Assembly: GCA_902799285.1 (NCBI GenBank)
Contig: CADCAA010000004.1
Coordinates: 1-41,403 of the forward strand
Reading direction: 5' to 3'
From: an uncultured Pseudomonadota bacterium
Lineage (GTDB): Bacteria; Pseudomonadota; Alphaproteobacteria; Rs-D84
Length of the DNA stretch: 41,403 bases
Shown here: piece after piece, positions 5,929 through 14,480 of the stretch
Position numbering within the stretch: the first letter of the stretch is position 1
How the letters are laid out: the number at the start of each line of letters is the position of its first letter
The notes under the pieces: model-generated
What the model was told of the DNA's origin: nothing
The model's input: only the letters and a program-made list of their open reading frames with translations
Databases searched by the model: none
Made by a program: the position numbers and the translations under genes

Positions 5929-7348
5929 ATTTGTTTTAGTCGAATCATCCACAACCGGTGACCGTAAAAAATTCCTTGAATGTTTAAATTATTGCGTAGC
6001 AAATCGCGCCGCATTATTGATTGATACAATTGATCGCGCCCAGCGGTCTTTTATGGAAATACCGCTTTTAGAAAAATACCGCCGTTCTGGGCAATTGGAA
6101 ATCCATTTTTGCCGTGAAAACATTGTTATAAATGCCGAAAGTTCCGGCACTGAAATCATTATGTGGCACCAGGGTGTTTTAATGGCGGAATCATACAGTT
6201 TGCATTTCAAAGAAAATGTTAAACGGTCCATTTCGGTAAAGGTTGCCCGGGGCGAATATCCGGGTCGTGGGCCTTTGGGTTATAAAAACATCCGCACCGC
6301 TCATAATCGGTCTGATATTTTGCCGGATGATAATGCGGATCTTGTGCGGCAATTATTCGTAAAATATGGCTCTGGGGACGTTTCGTTGTCCGGACTGGTT
6401 AGTTATGCCTATGATATTGGTTTGCGCACTGATACGGGCGGAAAGTTGGCAAAATCGCATATTCATAAAATAATGTCAAATCCGTTTTATTATGGTGTGG
6501 CCCGGTGGGGCAAATATACATTTCCGCATAAATATACGCCACTGATTGAAAAACCGCTTTGGGATAAATGTAATGCGCTTTTGGCGGGCAAAAATCAGCA
6601 CCCATCAACCCGGTGGGGCAGCAAGGATTATTTGTATCGCGGTTTAATTCGTGATTTTTATTCACATCGTCTGGTTACAACCGAACGCAAAAAGGATAAA
6701 TACAATTATTTGATGACATGGAATGAATCCGGGCGGCATGTGGCGGTCAATGAAGATGTGGTTACTGCCCAAATATATAAAGTGTTGAAAATGATCCAAG
6801 TGCCACGCGATGTTATTGCCGATGTGCGGGAATATCTGAAATCGGCCAAGGAAATCGAATCGGAATATGCAGCGCGTGCCATAGCAGAATTGCAAAATGA
6901 TTTGAATGTGGCGATAAAACGACAATCGGCATTGGTGAATATGTACCTGGATGGCAAAATCGCCGATGACCTGTATTCGACCAAAGATGCCGAATTAAAG
7001 GCGCAAATTGCGGAAATTCAATCAAAACTGGATGCCAATGTTTCTGCGGATTCCGGTGTAAATGATACAATTGTCCAGTTATTTACCGCGGCATCGTGTG
7101 CGGCGGATCTGTTTATAGAAAGTTCGGAAGTTGCCCCAAAACGCGAAATCATAAAATCCATCTTCCGAACTGTTGAATTAAAAGGCAAAACCCTTTGTTA
7201 TGACTTGAATTTTCCGTTCAATTTATTCATAACAAAGGGTGAAAGAACTATATGGCGCGCCCTAGCGGACGATTTCCGAACTTTGTATGCAGATGATGTG
7301 CGGAAATTTGCGGCAAATTGGAATTGGGTGGTGCCGTTGGCCGCATAA
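5801..7348 (+). CDS. Large serine recombinase (integrase)
   Basis: ARISSEKQ catalytic motif, DTIDRAQR, recombinase domain (PLGYKN, SNPFYYG, PLIEKPLW), C-terminal coiled coil. Confidence 0.95.
   Translation: MTTNCVILARISSEKQDKEYSLPAQVSRLSDYAARRQMTVLREFVLVESSTTGDRKKFLECLNYCVANRAALLIDTIDRAQRSFMEIPLLEKYRRSGQLEIHFCRENIVINAESSGTEIIMWHQGVLMAESYSLHFKENVKRSISVKVARGEYPGRGPLGYKNIRTAHNRSDILPDDNADLVRQLFVKYGSGDVSLSGLVSYAYDIGLRTDTGGKLAKSHIHKIMSNPFYYGVARWGKYTFPHKYTPLIEKPLWDKCNALLAGKNQHPSTRWGSKDYLYRGLIRDFYSHRLVTTERKKDKYNYLMTWNESGRHVAVNEDVVTAQIYKVLKMIQVPRDVIADVREYLKSAKEIESEYAARAIAELQNDLNVAIKRQSALVNMYLDGKIADDLYSTKDAELKAQIAEIQSKLDANVSADSGVNDTIVQLFTAASCAADLFIESSEVAPKREIIKSIFRTVELKGKTLCYDLNFPFNLFITKGERTIWRALADDFRTLYADDVRKFAANWNWVVPLAA
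7253..7269 (-). other. Putative attP core resembling a tRNA-Arg 3' end
   Basis: Minus strand reads TCCGCTAGGGCGCGCCA; AGGGCGCGCCA is the 3' end of argU-type tRNA-Arg; lies inside the integrase C-terminal coding region. Confidence 0.6.
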
Positions 7349-7353
7349 AAAAG

Positions 7354-7378
7354 ACCTTTCCGACACAATCGGAAAGGT
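7354..7378. terminator. Bidirectional terminator between convergent integrase and lysin
   Basis: ACCTTTCCGA-CACAA-TCGGAAAGGT, A-run on the left, T-rich on the right. Confidence 0.75.
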
Positions 7379-7442
7379 GCTTTGTGTAAAATAAATCGTA
7401 TTTTATTATCAACAAACGATTTTGTTTATATTTTAATATAAC

Positions 7443-7847
7443 CTATGAAAAGAATAACAGCAATTCTTCGGCGCGGCGTTTTGCTAAACCTTTCAAGAAT
7501 TGACCTCCGCCGGTGACCCAATCCCAATTTTTCCAAACTGCTTTCCAATCTTTGGCAATTATTGCTTTTTTCAAACTGGACCGATCAAATGCGCCTTGGC
7601 CGATATTGTATATTAAAGACCTTAATGCTTCCTGTTGGTTGGAATTTAATCCTGTGGGCAGTTTTATATTTTGTTTGATATACATGGTTAAAAATGCTTC
7701 GGCCTCGGCACGACTGATTTTATCGCCCTCGCGCACAGGTTGGCCATTTGGATATACCGTTGTACCGTATCCGATTGTCCAGACACCCGCCGGACATTTA
7801 TATGCAGTTAACCGACACCCCTCGTACTTTCTTATCAATTCGTACAT
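7443..7847 (-). CDS. Endolysin, GH24 phage lysozyme
   Basis: YEGCRLTAYKCPAGVWTIGYG...YNIG...GLAKRRAEE. Confidence 0.95.
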   Translation of the reverse strand: MYELIRKYEGCRLTAYKCPAGVWTIGYGTTVYPNGQPVREGDKISRAEAEAFLTMYIKQNIKLPTGLNSNQQEALRSLIYNIGQGAFDRSSLKKAIIAKDWKAVWKNWDWVTGGGQFLKGLAKRRAEELLLFFS

Positions 7848-7862
7848 GTTTACCCTCCTTGG

Positions 7863-8174
7863 TTATTTAAGTATTTTTCTGGCGATATAAAATCCAATCA
7901 TTGCCACCAGTGCAAAAAACGACCATTTCCAGCGCAATTTTTCCTGTTCAATCACCCGTTTTTCGGTTTCGCATGCTGTTGAAATGGTCTTTATTTGTGA
8001 TTTTATGCCGTTTATTTGGCTTTTTATATTTTCTGTGGCACATTGTGCCGACAAGGATTGTTCCAGTGCCGTGGTGGCATTTATTGCGTTTTGTGCAATA
8101 TCATGACTGACGGATTGCGCCCCACAGGACGATAACATAAATGATACCAAGAATAATCCAAAGCATTTTTTCAA
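7863..8174 (-). CDS. Putative unimolecular spanin (lipoprotein with C-terminal TM helix)
   Basis: Lipobox LSSC at residue 17, coiled coil, C-terminal WSFFALVAMIGFYIA; next to lysin. Confidence 0.65.
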   Translation of the reverse strand: MKKCFGLFLVSFMLSSCGAQSVSHDIAQNAINATTALEQSLSAQCATENIKSQINGIKSQIKTISTACETEKRVIEQEKLRWKWSFFALVAMIGFYIARKILK

Positions 8175-8377
8175 CGTACTTTACTCCAAAATTGATTCAA
8201 TGGCGCAACATCCCTTTCCAGGATTTTGGTCAATTCCAATTCGGTTTCTGCCGTTCTGGTTACGCCATGTGTAATTGGTTCGGCAACATAATAAATTCGT
8301 CCAACAGAGTCGGTTATTTTATATATGCAAAAATTATAAAAGTTGCCAACACATATTGTTTTGACAAATGTCTTCAT
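8171..8377 (-). CDS. Hypothetical protein
   Basis: 68 aa, coupled to neighbours by stop/start overlaps. Confidence 0.55.
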   Translation of the reverse strand: MKTFVKTICVGNFYNFCIYKITDSVGRIYYVAEPITHGVTRTAETELELTKILERDVAPLNQFWSKVR

Positions 8378-8583
8378 TATTTTGCTTTTTTTGTTGCTTT
8401 TTCAATTTTTGCTTTGTTTTCAGCAGTATTTACAACAGACATCCAATCGCAAATTTTCACAATCCAAGCCAACCATGGACATTTTGTTTTGCCAAATGTG
8501 GCAACAAATCCGGTACATGCTGCACCAATAATACCCAAAACAGCAAAAATTTTGTCCCAGTTGGTTAAAAGCCAATTGATCAT
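8377..8583 (-). CDS. Small holin-like membrane protein
   Basis: TM segment IFAVLGIIGAACTGFVATF, basic C-terminus, lysis cassette. Confidence 0.6.
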   Translation of the reverse strand: MINWLLTNWDKIFAVLGIIGAACTGFVATFGKTKCPWLAWIVKICDWMSVVNTAENKAKIEKATKKAK

Positions 8584-8586
8584 GCT

Positions 8587-9060
8587 TTACTCCTTTGTTT
8601 GTTCGGGCAGATCAATGCCCACTTTGGTTTCGATTTGTTTTTTGAAATTCAATGTTAATAAATCAAAAATGCGTAATCCGGTGATGTCTTTCATATTTTC
8701 AAAACAAGACATAATTTCCGTACCGGCAAAGAAACTGAATATTATTCGGGCCAATTCCATATTATTGGCCCATGATGGCAAAACCCATTGTTCGCACATG
8801 TGAACCAATAATCCGGCCGCAAAATATGTGATAATTTTTGGAACCACGTGTCGCAGGTCGTTTGATGTTCTGCGTTGATTCCGATATGGTGCGGCAATAA
8901 ATCCGGTTATTGTGTCGGCGGCAATACAAATAAAAAGTCCCAGCATGGCCATTTTGACATCGCCAATAAATGACATAAATGCACCAAATGCCCCGTATGC
9001 TATTTTTGGTGCTGTCAAAGTGAATTTATACATTTTACGACCTTGGGTCTGCCTGTTCAT
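8587..9060 (-). CDS. Phage holin family protein (holin_4-like)
   Basis: DTITG..AA, K..Y, E..S..EN motifs and three hydrophobic segments; start may be 9060 or 9033. Confidence 0.8.
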   Translation of the reverse strand: MNRQTQGRKMYKFTLTAPKIAYGAFGAFMSFIGDVKMAMLGLFICIAADTITGFIAAPYRNQRRTSNDLRHVVPKIITYFAAGLLVHMCEQWVLPSWANNMELARIIFSFFAGTEIMSCFENMKDITGLRIFDLLTLNFKKQIETKVGIDLPEQTKE

Positions 9061-9071
9061 TTTACGCACCT

Positions 9072-9109
9072 ATTATATTCGATTGTATTTTGCGTTTTTT
9101 CGCAATAAA
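9072..9109 (-). promoter_or_regulatory. Late-promoter motif copy (TTATTGCGAAAAA...TATAAT) upstream of lysis genes
   Basis: TTGCGA 9100-9105, 22-nt spacer, TATAAT 9072-9077. Confidence 0.65.
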
Positions 9110-9113
9110 ATAT

Positions 9114-9137
9114 AGGGGACAGGAATATCTGCCCCCA
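9114..9137 (-). terminator. Terminator after the Q/G-rich gene cluster
   Basis: Minus strand GGGGGCAG-ATATTC-CTGTCCCC followed by TATATTTT. Confidence 0.5.
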
Positions 9138-9142
9138 TTATT

Positions 9143-9367
9143 TTAGTACGTTCTGTCGGCAGATGCCCCGCGTTGTGCATCGTAATAACATGCGGCAGAC
9201 AATGATTTGTCCATTTTGGCAATATCTTTCATAATATCGCCCGCAAAAGACATTTGGGCCGATGTTAATTCACCGGTATCAAACATCTTTTTTACTTTTT
9301 CCATCAATGCCATACCATGTCTGTACAAATGGTCACGCAAAGTCATTATTTCTTCATGTGTAATCAT
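9143..9367 (-). CDS. Hypothetical helical protein
   Basis: 74 aa, GAGG RBS, ATGA overlap. Confidence 0.7.
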   Translation of the reverse strand: MITHEEIMTLRDHLYRHGMALMEKVKKMFDTGELTSAQMSFAGDIMKDIAKMDKSLSAACYYDAQRGASADRTY

Positions 9368-9579
9368 TTTTTAACCTCTTTGTTTTTGGATTCGCCTAAG
9401 TGTGGTGTTGCCATTATCTTTAACAACATATCTGGTAATGTCGCCAAATGCTGTGTGGTTTCGCCGGTTATTTGACTGATTGTGTCGGTCAAAATGAACA
9501 GTTCCATGATTTCGGCAGTTTTTGCCAATTCAATTACCCGTTCCAACACTGCTTCTTTTGCTTTTTCTGCTGTGGTCAT
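9364..9579 (-). CDS. Hypothetical protein (71 aa)
   Basis: ATG 9579 (MTTAEK) after AGGGG RBS. Confidence 0.65.
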   Translation of the reverse strand: MTTAEKAKEAVLERVIELAKTAEIMELFILTDTISQITGETTQHLATLPDMLLKIMATPHLGESKNKEVKK

Positions 9580-9581
9580 GG

Positions 9582-9953
9582 TTAATCCCCTGTGGTTTCT
9601 GTTGTTGCCACGGCTGATACCGATAAAGCATCCCGAACAGTGCAACAAACATTCATTAACGAGACATGTGGTGTAACACCGGTCCCTGTGATATATTTTC
9701 CCCAATAACGTTTCCGCGGACACAATCTGTCGGTTTGTATTGGATATCCCCATTTGTCCCAGATTGGCACCGCATTTCCATTTATTGTCACAGTATATGC
9801 AACAGGTGCGCCAGTGATTATATTGTTTGGATTCAGACACAAAATCATTACAAAATCGTCAAAATTGGCGATATTATTTGAATTCGTGACCGTCAACACC
9901 CCATCTGTTGTTAGATTGGTTCCCCGATGTAAAATTTCGCAATTACAATTCAT
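9582..9953 (-). CDS. Hypothetical beta-rich protein
   Basis: ATG 9953 (MNCNCE) after AAGGAG RBS. Confidence 0.7.
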   Translation of the reverse strand: MNCNCEILHRGTNLTTDGVLTVTNSNNIANFDDFVMILCLNPNNIITGAPVAYTVTINGNAVPIWDKWGYPIQTDRLCPRKRYWGKYITGTGVTPHVSLMNVCCTVRDALSVSAVATTETTGD

Positions 9954-9976
9954 ATCAAACTCCTTTGGAAATTCAC

Positions 9977-9996
9977 GGGTGGGGCGAACCCCACCC
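9977..9996 (-). promoter_or_regulatory. Intergenic UUCG-tetraloop hairpin (mRNA stabiliser or attenuator)
   Basis: Minus strand GGGTGGGG-TTCG-CCCCACCC, no U tract. Confidence 0.55.
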
Positions 9997-10002
9997 ATCG
10001 GG

Positions 10003-10677
10003 TTAGAAACCGCAACCACAACCGTTGCATCCGCCACAGAAAGGCGATTGCCCAGCGTTGTATGCAAATGTTGTTGGATAACGAACCACACCAGCAACTG
10101 CGTTGTTCAATTCCAATTGGTTGATACGGCCTTGCAATGCTTCAATCTTGTTTGTAGAAATTGCATCCAAGATTTTCTGCGTTTGACCGATTGTGACAGC
10201 ATTGATGTCATTTGTGTTTTTCAATGCATCATAACGATTTTGTGCAGATGTTTCTTGTATCAACATCTTGGTATCGCAGCAACACGCATTTTGGTTAGCC
10301 AATACTTGGGCGACTTGACCAGAAACCCCATAGATGTCACGGGTTATTTCGCCATACTTGTCCTGGATAACATTTAAGTTATCGTGGAAAGATTGGTTAA
10401 CCGCCGCCAAGATTTCGCGTTGATTCGCCATTGTGTTTTGGTTATCAAAGCCCTGTTGCATTTGGTTTTGTAATGCTTCGGTTCCAAAGAATCCGCGACC
10501 ACCAAAGCCGCCGAAACCTCCGAAACCACCGCCCATCAATAACACCAAGAACAAAATGCCCATCATGTCATTGTTGCCAAAACCAAAGCCGTTTGCCATA
10601 TAAGGGAACCCGTTCCCCCAATGGTTACCCAACACCGCACCCATATCAGCCGGTGTCATTGGTGTATTTTCTGCCAT
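10003..10677 (-). CDS. Gly/Asn/Gln-rich conserved phage protein with CCC motif
   Basis: G/F-rich N-terminus, ILFLVLLM hydrophobic patch, NACCCDTK, QTQKILD, C-terminal CGGCNGCGCGF. Confidence 0.8.
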   Translation of the reverse strand: MAENTPMTPADMGAVLGNHWGNGFPYMANGFGFGNNDMMGILFLVLLMGGGFGGFGGFGGRGFFGTEALQNQMQQGFDNQNTMANQREILAAVNQSFHDNLNVIQDKYGEITRDIYGVSGQVAQVLANQNACCCDTKMLIQETSAQNRYDALKNTNDINAVTIGQTQKILDAISTNKIEALQGRINQLELNNAVAGVVRYPTTFAYNAGQSPFCGGCNGCGCGF

Positions 10678-10702
10678 AGTTTTTTCCTTTTGGTTTGTTT
10701 TG

Positions 10703-10912
10703 TTATTTCGTCAAACCCGCGCGGCGCAGAACCTCGGGGGGAAGTTGGTTAAGGTCAAATCCGTATGTTTGGGCCGCATTTATGATGGTCTGCCGCTGTT
10801 GTTCAGGGGTCTTACCGGCCATCATTTGATTTACGGTTTTCATCAACGGATGATTTGCAAGTTGGCCTTGCAAAACTCTATTCATCAAAATTGAAATCAT
10901 TTGTGGATTCAT
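10703..10912 (-). CDS. Small Q/M-rich protein
   Basis: MNPQM...NHPLM...GKTPEQ...N.AQ..G. Confidence 0.7.
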   Translation of the reverse strand: MNPQMISILMNRVLQGQLANHPLMKTVNQMMAGKTPEQQRQTIINAAQTYGFDLNQLPPEVLRRAGLTK

Positions 10913-11354
10913 GTTTGCCACCTATCTTTTTTTCCAATTTCGCCATGCGATCTGCAATCGCCTGGATATTTGTCTGGGAAGATTTCAATTTTGAAATTTG
11001 ATCCATGATTGATTGGATATCGATTTGATTTGATTCAATTTTTGTTAAACGATCCAAAATTTCCGCATTGTCGGTTTTTTTGGTCTGTTCCGTGGTCACA
11101 GAAAATGTTTTTACATCCATCAAACCATCATTGTTCATCCGGCGCATATATATTTTGCCGTCACGCAAATTCAACCCCAAATAAATCGTATTTGGCACCG
11201 GTGGCAATGTTGATAATTGTTCCGGGCTGTCAATGCCGGGATATGAAATTATCTGTTCTTTGACGTGTTGCAATGGCATAGGCACCGATTGGGGCTGTTG
11301 TGCCATCTGTTGCATCATTTGTTGCACATATTGGTTTGTACTATATGGATTCAT
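10878..11354 (-). CDS. Q/P-rich protein with C-terminal coiled coil
   Basis: MNPYSTNQYVQQMMQQ..., GKIYMRRMNNDG, heptad repeats; AGGAG RBS. Confidence 0.75.
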   Translation of the reverse strand: MNPYSTNQYVQQMMQQMAQQPQSVPMPLQHVKEQIISYPGIDSPEQLSTLPPVPNTIYLGLNLRDGKIYMRRMNNDGLMDVKTFSVTTEQTKKTDNAEILDRLTKIESNQIDIQSIMDQISKLKSSQTNIQAIADRMAKLEKKIGGKHESTNDFNFDE

Positions 11355-11449
11355 AAAAAAACTCCTGTGGTTTTGTTTACACAGGAATTATGGGTAAATT
11401 GGCAAATAATTATTATGCCCAAAGTTATGAATAGAGGTTGTGGCGGAAA

Positions 11450-11725
11450 TCAGCGGTTTATGAAATCGTCTATGAACTTTTTATGAACCTCGAACACGCG
11501 CCTGGGCGATACATGAATTGTGTATGCGATTGATTCAAATGCCATTTGGTCACCATTTTCATCACCAATGTATCGCATTTTCATGATGCGACGACACAGG
11601 CGACTGTCGGTGTTGTCATTTATCAATTTGGTAAAAAATTCCGGATATCGTTTGCCCAGACGGCGAAAGAATATATTTCGTAACCACCAAGCAATAATAT
11701 CATGCTTTATTTTTTCCACTGACAA
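11450..11725 (-). CDS. Sigma-region-4/LuxR-like HTH regulator
   Basis: IMKMRYI...MAFESIAYTIHVSPRRVFEVHKK; start may be GTG 11719. Confidence 0.6.
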   Translation of the reverse strand: MSVEKIKHDIIAWWLRNIFFRRLGKRYPEFFTKLINDNTDSRLCRRIMKMRYIGDENGDQMAFESIAYTIHVSPRRVFEVHKKFIDDFINR

Positions 11726-11819
11726 TCCTTATTTTTGGTTTTTGGAAAACAATGCGGGGGGCATTTGGTTTACGCGCACCGGCACGTCCACCACCAACAC
11801 CCCGAACAGTTACTTTCAT
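11700..11819 (-). CDS. Small basic Gly/Arg/Lys-rich peptide (39 aa, not in ORF track)
   Basis: MKVTVRGVGGGRAGARKPNAPRIVFQKPKIRIVSGKNKA fills the gap between neighbours. Confidence 0.45.
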   Translation of the reverse strand: MKVTVRGVGGGRAGARKPNAPRIVFQKPKIRIVSGKNKA

Positions 11820-11826
11820 ATATTGA

Positions 11827-12045
11827 CTAGCCATTGTTTATACTTTGATTGTTATTGGTCCCATCTTGCCACATTTCAGTGGTTGATGTTGTGCCACTGA
11901 AACTTTTTGAAAAATAGCCATAATGCACCGATGCCCAGATCAAACTTGTTATTAAATTTGTGACAATCAATGCGCCAACAAACAATTTCCACATTGATAA
12001 AAATGTTTCAATGACCAAATTTGGTTCTTTTGTTTGTTTTTTCAT
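11827..12045 (-). CDS. Single-TM membrane protein
   Basis: LFVGALIVTNLITSLIWASV; AGGGG RBS. Confidence 0.7.
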   Translation of the reverse strand: MKKQTKEPNLVIETFLSMWKLFVGALIVTNLITSLIWASVHYGYFSKSFSGTTSTTEMWQDGTNNNQSINNG

Positions 12046-12069
12046 GTTTTGACCCCTTTATTTGTATTA

Positions 12070-12456
12070 TTATTCAACTTCTTTTGCTGACTCTGTTTCT
12101 TCTTCGTCTTCTGATTCTACAATATACGGCAATTCTTCACGAATCTTGTCCTTGCTTGCCAACCATTGTTCTTTTAATGCTTCTGCGTTATCTTGTCCAC
12201 GGGCTAATGCTTCATCGTAATCAAGGCGCAACGGGTCAGATTCAACAATATAACGCGCTTGACGTTCTGCACGTATTTCTTCGTTCCTTGCTTCAATAGG
12301 ATAATCAGCCTTTAAGATATATTCGCCTTCATATTCCACATAGTCGGTGGCCACGTGTTCCGTATCTTCAACAACCTCGTCCTTAACCAGGCAAGGGAAT
12401 TCGCTGTCTGTGTCTGATATTGCTATGATTTTATCGTCTTTAATTGCTTTATACAT
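12070..12456 (-). CDS. Putative tail fibre assembly protein
   Basis: RAERQARYIVESDPL...WLASKDKIREELPY pattern; follows fibre genes. Confidence 0.65.
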   Translation of the reverse strand: MYKAIKDDKIIAISDTDSEFPCLVKDEVVEDTEHVATDYVEYEGEYILKADYPIEARNEEIRAERQARYIVESDPLRLDYDEALARGQDNAEALKEQWLASKDKIREELPYIVESEDEEETESAKEVE

Positions 12457-12468
12457 TGTTAACTCCTT

Positions 12469-12864
12469 TTATTGTGCGCCTTGTGCATAGATAAATCTGA
12501 AATTGCCATTTGAATACTGGTTATATTCTACCCTAAAACTATCGCCTTTATTTACAGGCAACCACGCACGAACACCAAAACCTGTTGACGTTTCTCTTCC
12601 GGTTGCATACATGCTTTTATTTACTATAACAACATAACTGCCTGAACCGGTTGCTGTTCCTACAATACTTACATAACCGTCTGCTGGTGCTGTATATGTT
12701 GCACCGATTGCCCCCAATGTCAAACCAACATACCTATCGCTTGGCATCGACATATTTGCACATACTTCTTTACCTGCATTTGTTAAATTATCTAACGCAA
12801 CATTGGCTTTACCTGATATGTCTTGTAATCCTGCAATAGTATTTCCACCTTGTCTAACACTCAT
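12469..12864 (-). CDS. Tail fibre-associated protein
   Basis: KANVALDNL, MPSDRYV.LTLGA.GATYTAPADGY, PVNKGD, FRFIYAQG. Confidence 0.65.
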   Translation of the reverse strand: MSVRQGGNTIAGLQDISGKANVALDNLTNAGKEVCANMSMPSDRYVGLTLGAIGATYTAPADGYVSIVGTATGSGSYVVIVNKSMYATGRETSTGFGVRAWLPVNKGDSFRVEYNQYSNGNFRFIYAQGAQ

Positions 12865-12876
12865 TTGTTTACTCCT

Positions 12877-14460
12877 TTATGCAGTTCTACGCCATATGTT
12901 CGCCACATAAGCAGGTGGCTGAACAGTGCTAGATGCCCCATAGATAGAACTTGAACGGGATGCATCAAAATTAGCAACATTATTATTACTTTCCGCATTT
13001 TCAAGCGCACCACCGGTTTTTGATGGGCCTTTACCAGTGCGTTTGAAAGCGCCTGTAAAATAACTACCATCATTACCAAGATTTCCACCGCCTAAAATTT
13101 TACCTGTAATGTTTGGCAATCCTGCGTTAATAGTGGTGTTCGCAGAATGGTTTGTGCTAGAACCTTGAATGCTTTTATCTTGTGCTACTAATTCCCAAGT
13201 AGAACCAGGTATAAGTGTAGTAAGTGGGCATGTTGTTTGGGTGCCAAAGTATAGTGACCCAACAGGGTAAAGAGCAGCAAGTATACCATCAACTTCGTTT
13301 TTGGTGTAAACACTTAGGCCACCATCTACGTCGTCTGTAATAAAGCATACCCAATCTGGATGCGACACAGCCACATTTTGGTCGTTATATTCCTGCAGTG
13401 TTCCAACCCAATCATAAACCGGATTGGTTGCACCTACTGCTGTATTCGCATTTACTGTCGCAACAGCTTGGATTTCATCATCATTATTCTTTGTAATAGT
13501 TAAATTGTCAATCGCATCTATTGAACCACCGCCTGCATCCAGCGCAATAGTATCACCACTTGCTTGATTTAATGTAAAACTACCTTTTGTCACGCCTCCT
13601 TGTGTTATTGTTATTGTCGCATCATTTACTATCGGTATTGAAGCACTGGGGGCATATGTTGTAGAATCCACCGACCCATCGGCTTTCAAAAACTGTGATG
13701 ATGTTCCACCGCTTTTAACAAACGAATCCGCAGTTAAACTGCCATATATTGTGCTGTTCCCAGTTTTTGATACATACGATAATAATCCTGTGTTTGACGG
13801 TCTAGCACAAAAGTACTCTAATTCAACCGGGTTTAGTGTTCCCGAAGTTCGGTTGTTCACAAAAGTAAATGTTATTTTAGAAATAGCATTTGCTGTTGGC
13901 AGAGTTGGAACTTCTGCAATCAACACCAAACCGTTTGTTGAGTACGCGGTTGGGGTTAATGTCGCAACGTTCCCATTAGCGTTTTCTATTTGTATTGTAA
14001 CATCAGACGCCGCCTTTGGCCCCCTTCCTGAATAAAACGATATTAAAATATATCCTTGACGATATGTTCCAGTAATAGCCGTTCCAGTAACCGTAACAAC
14101 ACCTGTTCCGCCAACATCAATATTGTTATATGAATAATTTTCAAAAACCCCATCGAATAATGCAGCAGCATTAAAACTAGTAAAGCCCGTTCCTGTTACT
14201 GTAAATCTACGGTTTAAGCTATAAAAACAGTTATCAAGTGTAGATAAAAACAATTTACCATTATTATTAAACGAATTTAAGTTTTGTATAATAGCGTTGT
14301 ATGAAACCTTATTATTAAGTTGTGGTTGTATTGCACTTGTAACACCATCAATACAATTATCAATGTATGTTTTTGTCGCTTTTTGCGAAACAACGGTGGA
14401 ATCGCTAGGGGAATTTCCGCCCAGTGTATTATCTGTGCTGATGTTCAAAAACTTTGTCAT
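12877..14460 (-). CDS. Tail fibre / receptor-binding protein
   Basis: 527 aa, S/T/G-rich; GGTSSQFLKADGSVD linker; C-terminal YPVGSLY...VQPPAYVANIWRRTA domain. Confidence 0.8.
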   Translation of the reverse strand: MTKFLNISTDNTLGGNSPSDSTVVSQKATKTYIDNCIDGVTSAIQPQLNNKVSYNAIIQNLNSFNNNGKLFLSTLDNCFYSLNRRFTVTGTGFTSFNAAALFDGVFENYSYNNIDVGGTGVVTVTGTAITGTYRQGYILISFYSGRGPKAASDVTIQIENANGNVATLTPTAYSTNGLVLIAEVPTLPTANAISKITFTFVNNRTSGTLNPVELEYFCARPSNTGLLSYVSKTGNSTIYGSLTADSFVKSGGTSSQFLKADGSVDSTTYAPSASIPIVNDATITITQGGVTKGSFTLNQASGDTIALDAGGGSIDAIDNLTITKNNDDEIQAVATVNANTAVGATNPVYDWVGTLQEYNDQNVAVSHPDWVCFITDDVDGGLSVYTKNEVDGILAALYPVGSLYFGTQTTCPLTTLIPGSTWELVAQDKSIQGSSTNHSANTTINAGLPNITGKILGGGNLGNDGSYFTGAFKRTGKGPSKTGGALENAESNNNVANFDASRSSSIYGASSTVQPPAYVANIWRRTA

Positions 14461-14480
14461 AGAAATTCCCCTTTAGTTGA

